Source: a virus
Taxonomy: Duplodnaviria > Caudoviricetes
DNA: 47,020 nucleotides
IMG/VR virus record: IMGVR_UViG_3300028138_000007
Location: 1-47,020 of that record
Strand: one strand, 5' to 3'
Positions 7,633-16,348 of this stretch are shown in pieces. The notes below the pieces were generated by a model. It had not been told where the DNA came from. It saw only the letters and a program-made list of their open reading frames with translations, and ran no database searches. Positions within the stretch are counted from its first letter, which is position 1, and every line of letters starts with the position of its first letter. The translations under genes were made by a program, and so were the position numbers.

Positions 7633-8459
7633 TGCCAAGTGACTCGGTTACCGCCTGCAAACGAACGCACTGCGTAAAAACGGTTTGTCTCGTAAATAGG
7701 TATCGAAATACCGGCCAGAAAATCCCCTCGTGCCGGATGAAGGTTTTGAGGGATCGGATACTCGACCCAATTCGATGCCCGTTCAGACAACGGCGAACAT
7801 ATCCAAGCCGTGTAAAAATGGTTGCTGTGGGCCTGAAATCGGAACTCAAAAGCTTTGGTCACTTGTTGTCCCGTCTGCGCGTCCAGCCAATAGAATCCCC
7901 GCGTGTCGATGCTGTAGGAAACCGGAACTTGGTTTGTGAAATCGGTAATCCGTGATTGCCCAAAGTTGGTTATGGTCACAATTGGCGCATTAGTATCAGG
8001 CAGGACTGAAGCGCCCCCAGGTCCGCCCATTGGCAACGGTTCATCTTCCGTTGCGATAGGGTTCGGTAACAGTGCAATAACCTTCTGATTTGCTGCCTTC
8101 ATCACACAGGAACAGGGACCATTTGTGCATTTCAAAACCACCGTTCGATCAATAATTCGCTTATCGTCTGGTGTGTCTCGCCAGCTATTGGTGGTAATGT
8201 TCATAGCTGGTTGGCCTCGATGATATTGATGGCAGTTCGTACAGGTGAAAGAAAAAAGTGGACCAACCGGAATAGTTTTCACCATTGAAACGATGATGCT
8301 TGTATTCGTCACAATGTTTGTCTGCCAGGCATGACCAGGAAGCAACTGGTTCCGCCACGGTTCAGTTATCGGTGTCGGCACCGGCGGCATCGGCGGGGTC
8401 TGCGCATCAATCATGTCCGGGATCGTGATCGATAGCAGGAGCAGGAACAATCTTTTCAT
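7629..8459 (-). CDS. putative exported protein with Pro-rich linkers and CxxC motifs
   Basis: MKRLFLLLLSITI... signal-like N-terminus; CTNCHQYH and CTNGPC; beta-rich C-terminal domain. Confidence 0.65.
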   Translation of the reverse strand: MKRLFLLLLSITIPDMIDAQTPPMPPVPTPITEPWRNQLLPGHAWQTNIVTNTSIIVSMVKTIPVGPLFSFTCTNCHQYHRGQPAMNITTNSWRDTPDDKRIIDRTVVLKCTNGPCSCVMKAANQKVIALLPNPIATEDEPLPMGGPGGASVLPDTNAPIVTITNFGQSRITDFTNQVPVSYSIDTRGFYWLDAQTGQQVTKAFEFRFQAHSNHFYTAWICSPLSERASNWVEYPIPQNLHPARGDFLAGISIPIYETNRFYAVRSFAGGNRVTWQ

Positions 8460-8539
8460 CTTTCAACTTTCTATTTCTTCTGGCATGGCGCATGGCCACT
8501 GCCGCAAATTTCCGATTCGGCCTATCTAAAGCCTTGCTC

Positions 8540-8788
8540 TCAGCTTTTGTCCAGAGCCTTTTCACTCATCGGCCTTGGTTTAGGGTCTTTTAGCAGCAGG
8601 TCCATCTTGGCCGTAATATCAGCCCAACGGATGGCACGGAAATAAACATTGGTCTGCTTCGATTGGGTCTGTCCCGGCAACCAGCCAACAATTTCCCACC
8701 CGCAGTGCTCGCACAACTCCCCGAACCGATCCAATCTGGGGATTGGCTTAAACCATCTACCTGAGCATCCCTGCTCTGGCCTAATCAT
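8540..8788 (-). CDS. hypothetical Cys-containing protein
   Basis: ORF track; in operon, 3 nt after upstream stop. Confidence 0.5.
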   Translation of the reverse strand: MIRPEQGCSGRWFKPIPRLDRFGELCEHCGWEIVGWLPGQTQSKQTNVYFRAIRWADITAKMDLLLKDPKPRPMSEKALDKS

Positions 8789-8791
8789 AGA

Positions 8792-9247
8792 TCATGGCTG
8801 TTTCAACGCTTTCGTGGCCGCATCTTTCTGTCCCGCAATAATGGCACTGGTCTTCACGCCTTCATACCAGCTTTTTCCGGCGAAAAGCACCAGGGACACC
8901 AGCACCGCTACCATAACCTTACTGATGAGCTTCGTGATTTTCCTCTGGGCTTTCATCATGTCCAGGAACGATTCTTCTTCGGCGTCTCCATTTCCGAAAA
9001 TCAGTTTGTTCACTTTGGCGTGGCTCTCTGCCAGTTGGTTTTGGTTCTCAGTCATTTTGTCCATCCGATCCAGCATTCGGGCATGGGTTCCATTCTCGCT
9101 GCTCAGAATGGATAAGATTTGGTTGAAGACACGATAGACTTGACGCATCTGTTCGGTGGATTGCATTTGGTCGATTTCGGCGCGTAAGTCCCTGATGCGC
9201 TTCTGGATTTCAGAGTCCCGACTGCGTTCACGATCTTCATCCGGCAT
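8792..9247 (-). CDS. coiled-coil membrane protein (holin/lysis-region type)
   Basis: N-terminal coiled coil, one TM segment (LISKVMVAVLVSLVLFAG). Confidence 0.6.
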   Translation of the reverse strand: MPDEDRERSRDSEIQKRIRDLRAEIDQMQSTEQMRQVYRVFNQILSILSSENGTHARMLDRMDKMTENQNQLAESHAKVNKLIFGNGDAEEESFLDMMKAQRKITKLISKVMVAVLVSLVLFAGKSWYEGVKTSAIIAGQKDAATKALKQP

Positions 9248-9254
9248 TGCATGT

Positions 9255-9563
9255 TTACCCTTTCGTTCCCGTCGTTTTACTTTCCAGTTGGAGTTGATTG
9301 GCTATGTGCTGGTCGTAACGCTTCGTTGCCACTTCCGCAAGAGCTTGGTGTTCCACCTTACCGGTAGTCTCAGCGAGTGTCTTTGCTGCAACCATGCCGA
9401 CTTGGAGCATATCGCCGAAGTTGGAGTTGCCTTGGATGCGGACAGCTTCAACTTTCTTTTCGATGTGGGATTGCTTCCACGTATTATAAGCAACGGCCAA
9501 CATGGTGATTATACCACCGATAGCTTGTCCGATTTGGACCCAATTGGTAGGTTCGGTTGTCAT
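9255..9563 (-). CDS. holin-like membrane protein
   Basis: N-terminal TM (IGQAIGGIITMLAVAY) followed by KVEAVRIQGNS; position directly after the fibre gene. Confidence 0.55.
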   Translation of the reverse strand: MTTEPTNWVQIGQAIGGIITMLAVAYNTWKQSHIEKKVEAVRIQGNSNFGDMLQVGMVAAKTLAETTGKVEHQALAEVATKRYDQHIANQLQLESKTTGTKG

Positions 9564-9566
9564 ACG

Positions 9567-12116
9567 TCAGAATGGAGAGAACGTTGCACTTGGCGTTCCA
9601 ACAGAGTACGTTTCACTGAAAAATTCCCCCGGCTGTAAGTGCATGGTCACATCATTGGACAAACCTCCAAAGATTTGCGTGCCGTTCTTTTTGATCGCTG
9701 TGCCTGTGACCGCCGTGTTGTCGATGTAAAGCTCGATGTTACAATTCAGCGGGTTGGTCCAGTTGACGGTGGAGTTAGGGAAAGTGATTGCGGTTGGAGC
9801 TACTAAGTTTGAAACGAGTGAATAAATTCCGTTTGAAGAAACTCCACCAACCAGAGTTGTTCCTCGGTAAAAAACCGCAATATCATTCGACGCAATCGTG
9901 TCCACACGTAATCCGACTTGGACATTGCTATTTGTAATATGCAGTTTTGCCAAACCAGCGGTCGTGCCGATCAGAACATTCGTTGAAGTTATGCGGGCCG
10001 TCTCGCTTCCTACTGCCATTGCAATCGGTTTGGAGTTGGAAGTAAGCGAGTTTAGTGATGAGGATGCAGATATACCAAAAGTGAATCCGTTGTTGTTTAT
10101 CGTGAATCCGTTGTTGGCGTTTAGATCAAACTGGTAGGACGTAGTTCCGTTCAAGATTTCAAAAACGTCACTCACGGAACTAGCGGCGGAACTGCCAATT
10201 AGTACGGCAGTTCCGCTCTGGAAGATTTTAGATCGCAAGCTGTTTGATGTTTGGATAGAGAATGTTGCTGCGGAAGAACTGTTGCTCAGAATTGTGGAGG
10301 TGGCTGCTCCCAAGCTGCCAATCTCAACGTTCCCGTAAGTTCCTTGGTTACTGTAATTGGTGACACCGCCAGCGGTATTCATGGCGGCGGCATTGGTGTG
10401 CAATCCGTCCACCTCAAGTGGTCCAAGATTTGAGAACCGAAATCGGGTGACACCGGAAGTTTGATCAAACAGCATTGTCGTTCCGCTCATCGTTATTTCC
10501 CCGCCTGCGCCCGATGAATTTTTAACGATCAAAAAACCGTTTGCTGAACCATCTGTCCCTCCAATCGTAAGAATGGCCTGATTGAGATAATTGCCTGAAA
10601 TAAAGTGCTGCCCATACTCGGTGACAGTTGCGTTTTTTCCTGCCGTGTCCATAGTAATGTTCCATGGAGCCGTTGCTTGGAATCGATCCTGAAAACTGAA
10701 TGAGTCTGCTGTGATGTTTCCGTTTATACTAGAACCAGTCAACACTGAACCGGGAGCAGTGTTCGTGCTGCGCTGGAAGTTGAATCCGAGTGGGCGAATC
10801 GAAAAGTTGGTGTATGGAAACTGATAGCTCAGATACCATTCAGATTGAATAAGGTTGTTGAAGTTCTGCCAGTCACTTTCAAATACATATCCAAAAGAGC
10901 CTTCGTTGGTATTCGCTTGCCCTCCAGAGCCAGTGAAGTTGTAGCCGAAAACCGTTTGCACGTCTTGATGGGGGTCGGTGCCGTTGACTTGGTTATTAGC
11001 GAATTGAAACCAGCCGATAGGCACACGTTGGTCCAATATCCCGCCTGTATTTGTTGTTGTCGTCTTGAACTGCTGATAAAAATTGGACGAACCCACCACG
11101 AAAAACGAATTCGTTAATGTCGTGGCGTTTCCGGTTCCGGTTTGCGTGCGAATAAACGCCCCATTCGTCGCCGCCTGCAACGCCGCAATGTCGGCGTCGG
11201 AATAGGCGCTGCTAGCAATAGTTTTTGAGCCATCCAAAGTCAGCAAACGATTTGCAGTTAAATCAGTGATCTTGAATCCGCCCGCCAATGTCCCGCCGCC
11301 TGTCGCGCCTAACCCACCTTTAATGAAAAGGTCAGAATAAAAGGTAGCATCTCCCGTAACGTCCAGCGTGCCGGAGTTGGTTTGGTTAACGGCAGACAAA
11401 ATGCCATTCAAGGTCAGTGATCCATCCCCACCAAACCAGAACAAATCTGAACTTCCAATGCGCCACCGAATGGGCCGACTATTTGTGTTTGGTTGAGATG
11501 TGAACCTTAGGCTATATGCCGAAGGGGAATTGGTATCCTTGGTGGATAAGGCAATACTGGCTGAAGCTCTTGGAATTCCATTGAAATCAGCATTAACAGT
11601 AGCATTGAATACAGAATATAGATTGTAGTCATCTGGATCGTCGAAAACAGCAAAGTCAAACTGGAACTGGTTAACGTCATTGCTGGCTAATATTCCTTGA
11701 TAGGAAATGAGCGGATATGGAACATTGATCGGAGTATCCAAATATTCGTTTTTGCCCAAGAATAGGCTTCCATCATTGGTGCGGATCACGATCCCGGCAG
11801 TGGAATCATTCAGTGAAGTTCCGTTCGGAAAGATAAATCCCGAATCTTGAGTCCATACTTGTGACGAGGAAACGATGGCATTGGCGATGTTCGTCGCGTC
11901 TTTTAGCCGAGCCACAGTATTCGGTCCGATTCCAAAGAAATTCCAATTCGTGAATCCCCCCGGTCCTGAGATGCGATTTTGTATAGCCAGATTGTTGTCC
12001 CCAAACACCGGCAGCACGCTTTTGTTGGTTGTCCAAGCGTTCAGGTAAGTCGTTGGTTGCGGTGCGGCAAAGGAAGTTACCGCGATCAGCAGAAAAGTAA
12101 AAATCAGTGTTCTCAT
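9567..12116 (-). CDS. tail fibre/spike-like beta-rich protein with N-terminal Sec signal peptide
   Basis: 849 aa, Asn/Thr/Gly/Ser-rich; fibre-type repeats (LTANRLLTLDGSKTIASS; ETARITSTNVLIGTT...KLHI); N-terminus MRTLIFTFLLIAVTSFA|AP. Confidence 0.65.
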   Translation of the reverse strand: MRTLIFTFLLIAVTSFAAPQPTTYLNAWTTNKSVLPVFGDNNLAIQNRISGPGGFTNWNFFGIGPNTVARLKDATNIANAIVSSSQVWTQDSGFIFPNGTSLNDSTAGIVIRTNDGSLFLGKNEYLDTPINVPYPLISYQGILASNDVNQFQFDFAVFDDPDDYNLYSVFNATVNADFNGIPRASASIALSTKDTNSPSAYSLRFTSQPNTNSRPIRWRIGSSDLFWFGGDGSLTLNGILSAVNQTNSGTLDVTGDATFYSDLFIKGGLGATGGGTLAGGFKITDLTANRLLTLDGSKTIASSAYSDADIAALQAATNGAFIRTQTGTGNATTLTNSFFVVGSSNFYQQFKTTTTNTGGILDQRVPIGWFQFANNQVNGTDPHQDVQTVFGYNFTGSGGQANTNEGSFGYVFESDWQNFNNLIQSEWYLSYQFPYTNFSIRPLGFNFQRSTNTAPGSVLTGSSINGNITADSFSFQDRFQATAPWNITMDTAGKNATVTEYGQHFISGNYLNQAILTIGGTDGSANGFLIVKNSSGAGGEITMSGTTMLFDQTSGVTRFRFSNLGPLEVDGLHTNAAAMNTAGGVTNYSNQGTYGNVEIGSLGAATSTILSNSSSAATFSIQTSNSLRSKIFQSGTAVLIGSSAASSVSDVFEILNGTTSYQFDLNANNGFTINNNGFTFGISASSSLNSLTSNSKPIAMAVGSETARITSTNVLIGTTAGLAKLHITNSNVQVGLRVDTIASNDIAVFYRGTTLVGGVSSNGIYSLVSNLVAPTAITFPNSTVNWTNPLNCNIELYIDNTAVTGTAIKKNGTQIFGGLSNDVTMHLQPGEFFSETYSVGTPSATFSPF

Positions 12117-12382
12117 TTCTTTGTAATAGTCGGTCCAACCACACGCCCAAGAGCTTCAGTCACTTTCGACGCGCATCGTTGCTGCATCTCGTGTTCATTT
12201 TTCAATGCGTCGTGCGCACATCTTAACCGTTCGTTTTCAACCATCAGTTGGCGCACTTGGTTTTCATTTGTTTCAGACATAAGTTTCCAGTTGTCCGCGA
12301 TCTCTCGCGCCACACCTAGAGCGATTCTTGCTTTCTCAAGTTCACCGCCGATACCAAGCCAGTTACGGATCAGATTCTTCAT
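12113..12382 (-). CDS. hypothetical coiled-coil protein
   Basis: ATG 12382 (MKNLIRNWLGI...), ATGA overlaps on both sides. Confidence 0.6.
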   Translation of the reverse strand: MKNLIRNWLGIGGELEKARIALGVAREIADNWKLMSETNENQVRQLMVENERLRCAHDALKNEHEMQQRCASKVTEALGRVVGPTITKK

Positions 12383-12786
12383 GGTCCTCCTGGAACTTGA
12401 ACCCAAGCGTTGGTAAATCCCTGATCCCAGACCCAAAAAAATCCTACCCAATCACCGATACCTATGCGCACGGAGCAATCGCATTGCGCCACATCAGGGG
12501 GCGCAACTGGGGGAGTCGAAACGCACGAAACACAACCCGAACCGCCGCCCCCGCCGCCGTTCTGTTGGATCAACTGCAACAAAGCCAGTTCCAACAACTG
12601 CTGTTGCCCTGGTGCCTGACAGGCCATGCAGGAACCTTCCGCCAGCAATGTAGCCACATCAGCCACGGAAGTATCTCCTTCGGCCATTCGGGCCAGTAAT
12701 GCCAACCGAATGATGCTCCACATTCCCGGTGTCACGCAGTTGAAACAACTGGCTTCCACCATCAAAGTGTTGACGTTGACTGCCAT
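12379..12786 (-). CDS. CxxC-repeat putative virion protein (2 repeats plus Gly linker and Trp-rich C-terminal domain)
   Basis: Two copies of V(A/N)TL(L/M)xE(G/A)SCxxCxxxG...LxLALL; GGGGGGSG linker; FFWVWDQGFTNAWVQ. Confidence 0.7.
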   Translation of the reverse strand: MAVNVNTLMVEASCFNCVTPGMWSIIRLALLARMAEGDTSVADVATLLAEGSCMACQAPGQQQLLELALLQLIQQNGGGGGGSGCVSCVSTPPVAPPDVAQCDCSVRIGIGDWVGFFWVWDQGFTNAWVQVPGGP

Positions 12787-12789
12787 TGC

Positions 12790-13128
12790 TCACGTTAGTT
12801 CGGAAAGATAGCCTAACTCCAACACTTCCTGTTCACCGGCAGGCAGGCACGCGAAGCACGATCCTTCAGCAAGCAGGGTAGCAACCGATACATTCGGAGA
12901 TTGGCCTGCTGCCAGCCTCGCCAGCATGGATAATCGGGCTATGTTCTGTTCTCCAACCGGCAGGCAGGCGAAACACCCGCCGTTGTTCAAAAGTGTGGCA
13001 ATGTCAGCGGGCATAGTTCCAGATTTGGTTAGTTGCTCAAGCAGTCCCAGGCGCAGGATGTTGCGCATTCCAGCCGTCAAACAGGCGAAACACCCGCCTT
13101 GGGCCAGCAGGGTAGCCACATCGGCCAT
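12790..13128 (-). CDS. CxxC-repeat putative virion protein (3 repeats)
   Basis: Three ~38-aa units: DVATLLAQGGCFACL / DIATLLNNGGCFACL / SVATLLAEGSCFACL. Confidence 0.7.
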   Translation of the reverse strand: MADVATLLAQGGCFACLTAGMRNILRLGLLEQLTKSGTMPADIATLLNNGGCFACLPVGEQNIARLSMLARLAAGQSPNVSVATLLAEGSCFACLPAGEQEVLELGYLSELT

Positions 13129-13445
13129 TACGCCGCCTCCGGCGCAACCGCCATTTTGTCCAGAGCACTTTCACTTTTGGACATGGTTGACTCAGACTTG
13201 GCGCTATCGTCTTCTTCAGGCGAAAGGTACTTGATCTCGTATTCGTCCTCGTGGACTCCCACCACTTCCCCGGTGAACTTCTGACCAACCTTCATGTCCG
13301 GGCAAAACGCCTTGTCCACGAGCGCGGTAGGCTCATCGCCTTCCGTTTGGTCGGTGTTATCAGGCTGATCGTTTTGATCTTCTTCCTGCTGCGCTTGTGC
13401 GGTAGCAGCATCGGGACTGTTTGGTTCGTAATAATCGTCGGCCAT
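13128..13445 (-). CDS. acidic hypothetical protein downstream of capsid gene
   Basis: ATG 13445 (MADDYYEP...); small beta core MKVGQKFTGEVVGVHEDEYEIKY. Confidence 0.7.
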   Translation of the reverse strand: MADDYYEPNSPDAATAQAQQEEDQNDQPDNTDQTEGDEPTALVDKAFCPDMKVGQKFTGEVVGVHEDEYEIKYLSPEEDDSAKSESTMSKSESALDKMAVAPEAA

Positions 13446-13488
13446 ATATTTTCGGCTTCCAACCAACTGACAGGAAGCGGTTTCATGG

Positions 13489-13523
13489 ATTAAAGGGGTC
13501 AACGGTGTTACCCGTCAACCCCT
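13489..13523 (-). terminator. Hairpin terminator/stabiliser after major capsid gene
   Basis: AGGGGTTGACGG-GTAACA-CCGTTGACCCCT (12 bp including G-U pairs) followed by TTAAT. Confidence 0.6.
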
Positions 13524-13538
13524 CAAGTTAACCGACAG

Positions 13539-15302
13539 TTACGGAACGTTTTCTTCAAAAGGCATATCAAGGTTCTGGCAGGTCGTGCCAGTGACCACGA
13601 TATTCTCGCCAGAAACCGTCCATGTTCCCAGGAACGCCGCCACGATGTTCAGTTGCGCCACAAGTGCCGCCACGGTGGTTGTCCCAGTGACAGCCGCATG
13701 GCTGACGGGCGAACCGTCGCACACGATGGTATCCGCCAGAATCTCGTAGCTGCTGGTGCTGCCATCGGCGTGCGTGGCCTTTACCGGCGTGAACGTGAGC
13801 GTGTAGGTCGTGGCACAGGTGCCGTTGGCACTGTTGTAGGTCTGCGCCGGATAGCCAGGGTCCGTATTGCACGGCTGGATGACGTAAACGCATTGCGGTT
13901 CGCGTTTGTGGAAAATGCCTTCCACGAATTCAGTCATCAGCGGGCGAATAGCCAGCTTGAAGTCAGCCACGAACATTCCTTTGTTGCGCAGGAAGTTTTC
14001 GATCACCTTTCCGTCCTGATCCGCGCCCAGGTTGTCCATCACGAACTGCCATTTGCCGCCGAAATTGCGCGAGCTAAACGGCATCTCCGGGTTAACCGGC
14101 GTGGCATCGGCAACCAACGCTTCCATACCTCGTTTGTGCCAGATATAGCTGATCGCGAACTGCGCGGCGTCGAAATCGGTGTTGGCGATACGCTTGATTC
14201 CCTGTGCGCCGCCAGCCCCGCTGGACACGACGTTCTTGTAGGGCAACACAACCTGATAACGGTATCGGTTGGCACCCACGCCCGCGCCCAAGTCCTGCTT
14301 GAAGTTGAACCGGAGTCCAGCCCAATCGGTGCGCACCATGAAGTTGCCAAGCTGCCCGCTGAAACCGTAGCGCCAATACTTGTTGGTCGCGCCCCATTCC
14401 TCGAAGCGCCAGTTGCCGATCACAGTCGGGTTATTGCCGCCACCGACGCCCACGGAACCGCCAAGGCGATCCAAGCTCCAACAAGTGGAAATGTCCGTCA
14501 CTAACTCGATGAACGGGGCCGTCTCCTTGAACGGGTTCTTGCCGCCGTAACCAATGCGCATTAACGGTTCAAAGCGCCGTTGCAACATCTGCGGGGTGAG
14601 CAAACCAAGGCCAGTGCTCGTGCCGGTCAGATTCGGGTTGACCGAACAATCGAAGTAGATTTCCTCGTTACCCAGCGGGCCGGTCGAGAAAACGAACGTG
14701 AAATCACTCTGGGTCTTGTCCGCCGCCCAGGTCTTGCCCGCGTTAATCAAAGCGCGTTTGCGCATGAACATGGACATAATCGCCGACGTGGCCGGTTTCA
14801 AAATATCCGAGATGATCTGCCGGAAATGCTCCTTCGCGTGCGTCACGTGCATGTCCTGGTCGTAGCAGAGCAACGGCGTCTTCCAGTTCTGTTCCTCAAG
14901 GAAGTAGGTCAACCGCGTAGCGCCCCAGCCAATTGAATGGCGGGTCTTGTCGCACGGTGTTCCCAAGCAGTTCCCCGATTGCGTTCGGGTCCATTGCTTG
15001 GTCGTGTCGGGCCACACGTCGTTGAAACGGTCTAACGTGTGCTCTACGCCTGAATAACTTTCAAAAGTTCCCATACTCATATTCCCGATCCATCCGTCCA
15101 CTGGCGTAATATCCTCTAAAATTAGACGGTCATACACCGGCTGTTGGTCAACCAAATTTTGCACGAAGTCGCAAGCTTTGACAATCGTGGCCGGGGGGCA
15201 AGCTCCCATCCTGAAATCGAAACCGTTTTTGTAGAGACGGAAAACGGATTTGAGCCAAGCTGCTCCGAGCAGTACTCCGAACACTGAAAGTAACGTAACC
15301 AT
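13539..15302 (-). CDS. major capsid protein with C-terminal extra domain (start at ATG 15302 or ATG 15209)
   Basis: Large, strongly codon-biased gene downstream of portal and scaffold, with its own promoter and a downstream hairpin; ~85-aa Thr/Val-rich C-terminal appendage. Confidence 0.75.
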   Translation of the reverse strand: MVTLLSVFGVLLGAAWLKSVFRLYKNGFDFRMGACPPATIVKACDFVQNLVDQQPVYDRLILEDITPVDGWIGNMSMGTFESYSGVEHTLDRFNDVWPDTTKQWTRTQSGNCLGTPCDKTRHSIGWGATRLTYFLEEQNWKTPLLCYDQDMHVTHAKEHFRQIISDILKPATSAIMSMFMRKRALINAGKTWAADKTQSDFTFVFSTGPLGNEEIYFDCSVNPNLTGTSTGLGLLTPQMLQRRFEPLMRIGYGGKNPFKETAPFIELVTDISTCWSLDRLGGSVGVGGGNNPTVIGNWRFEEWGATNKYWRYGFSGQLGNFMVRTDWAGLRFNFKQDLGAGVGANRYRYQVVLPYKNVVSSGAGGAQGIKRIANTDFDAAQFAISYIWHKRGMEALVADATPVNPEMPFSSRNFGGKWQFVMDNLGADQDGKVIENFLRNKGMFVADFKLAIRPLMTEFVEGIFHKREPQCVYVIQPCNTDPGYPAQTYNSANGTCATTYTLTFTPVKATHADGSTSSYEILADTIVCDGSPVSHAAVTGTTTVAALVAQLNIVAAFLGTWTVSGENIVVTGTTCQNLDMPFEENVP

Positions 15303-15515
15303 AAATTCTTCAATCTTTCTCTGATGTTGTCCGCGACAAAGCGCAGACGTGGTTTTTGCGCTAACGGTTTGGGAAACAAACATCAGGAATTGACCCGAAG
15401 AACTTACGAAGTAAGTCTAATCAGAACGTTTTAACGATTCGTTCAGATCGTTGGACATTGCAGGAAGGCTGGCCTACTTTCGGTCTAAGCCCCGTCCGAC
15501 TAATCAAGCAACTGT
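15303..15515 (-). ncRNA. Long structured 5' leader of the capsid gene
   Basis: Stems GGAC/GTCC, GGCTTA/TAGGCC, AACGAT/ATCGTT, ACTTAC/GTAAGT, CTGATGTT/AACATCAG, AGCGCA/TGCGCT, AAGTTCTTC/GAAGAATTT. Confidence 0.45.
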
Positions 15516-15518
15516 TGG

Positions 15519-15548
15519 ACTTGTAAGTGAGAATTGCGGAAGTGTCAA
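15519..15548 (-). promoter_or_regulatory. Capsid-gene promoter
   Basis: TTGACA-17 nt-TACAAGT. Confidence 0.6.
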
Positions 15549-15556
15549 CTGGTAAA

Positions 15557-16213
15557 TTAAACCGACCAATTAGACCAAGTGTGGGCTAGGTGAATTTTAA
15601 GAGAATCCAATTCAGAGCGCAATGCCTCGCACTCCTGTTTGGCCACCTTGAGTTCGTCTTGAGTTTTGTAAAGTTTTTCCCTTAAAAAGTCGGATGGTCT
15701 TTTCCTTTTGATTGGACCGATGAAATCAGGGTCCGATGGTTTAGAATTCGCATCCTTCATATCAACTCCAAGCGGAGCGGATTTTAGGGATTCAATTTCA
15801 GCGCGAGCTTGAGCGAGGGCCTCCCTCAAATAGTCGGCTGGTTTTCGGATTTTTATATGAGGTAAATTTGACGATGGAGTAAATTTTCCATCGGTCAGCT
15901 TCTTCCTTATCCCGTCTGCGAGATATGCGAATACCCGCTTAAGCTCCATTGCTGTCATCCCTTTTAATTCATCGCTCACCATGGAGTCGTGAATCAATTT
16001 ATGGCATCGTCGGCATAATACGTGGCAGTCTTCAACTTTGGTGTCTATCCATGACTTGCGGTAAAACATGTGATGTACGTCATTGGATGAATCCTCCACT
16101 CCGCAAATGAAACACAATCCTTTTTCGGAAGCTAAAACCGCAGACCTTATCGTGCTCCATTCTTCCGATTTCAAAAATCGAAAACGGTAAGCAGCTTTCT
16201 TTTCTAGGCTCAT
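15557..16213 (-). CDS. HNH endonuclease with C-terminal scaffold-like coiled-coil repeats
   Basis: FLKSEEW...CFICG...DVHHMFY...VLCRRCHKLIH HNH domain; then KPADYLREAL and RPSDFLREKLYKT helices. Confidence 0.8.
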   Translation of the reverse strand: MSLEKKAAYRFRFLKSEEWSTIRSAVLASEKGLCFICGVEDSSNDVHHMFYRKSWIDTKVEDCHVLCRRCHKLIHDSMVSDELKGMTAMELKRVFAYLADGIRKKLTDGKFTPSSNLPHIKIRKPADYLREALAQARAEIESLKSAPLGVDMKDANSKPSDPDFIGPIKRKRPSDFLREKLYKTQDELKVAKQECEALRSELDSLKIHLAHTWSNWSV

Positions 16214-16217
16214 AATT

Positions 16218-16348
16218 AAAAAAATGCCCCGCCCAAAAGTAGAGCCGCAAGTCGGGAGACCTGCGCAGTTGAGCGGAGCAAAATTAAGGATTAGTCACAT
16301 GCGCTCTAAGCATGGCTTGATTTCAGCAAATTAACTGCTGGCTGTCAA
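16218..16348 (-). promoter_or_regulatory. Promoter plus attenuator/C4-like leader of the HNH gene
   Basis: TTGACA-17-TGAAAT; hairpin ATGC-TTAGAGC-GCAT; terminator-like TGCTCCGCTCAA...TTGGGCGGGGCA-T7 with an internal GCTCTA complementary to the first loop. Confidence 0.6.

Noticed and set aside
8408-8566. 52-aa minus-strand ORF (MKRLWTKAESKALD...) bridging the 8459-8540 gap
   Set aside because: It overlaps both neighbours substantially and has no recognisable features; not enough support to call.
13653-14504. 283-aa plus-strand ORF and similar long antisense ORFs over portal, scaffold and nozzle genes
   Set aside because: They mirror strongly biased sense genes and have no protein-like features.
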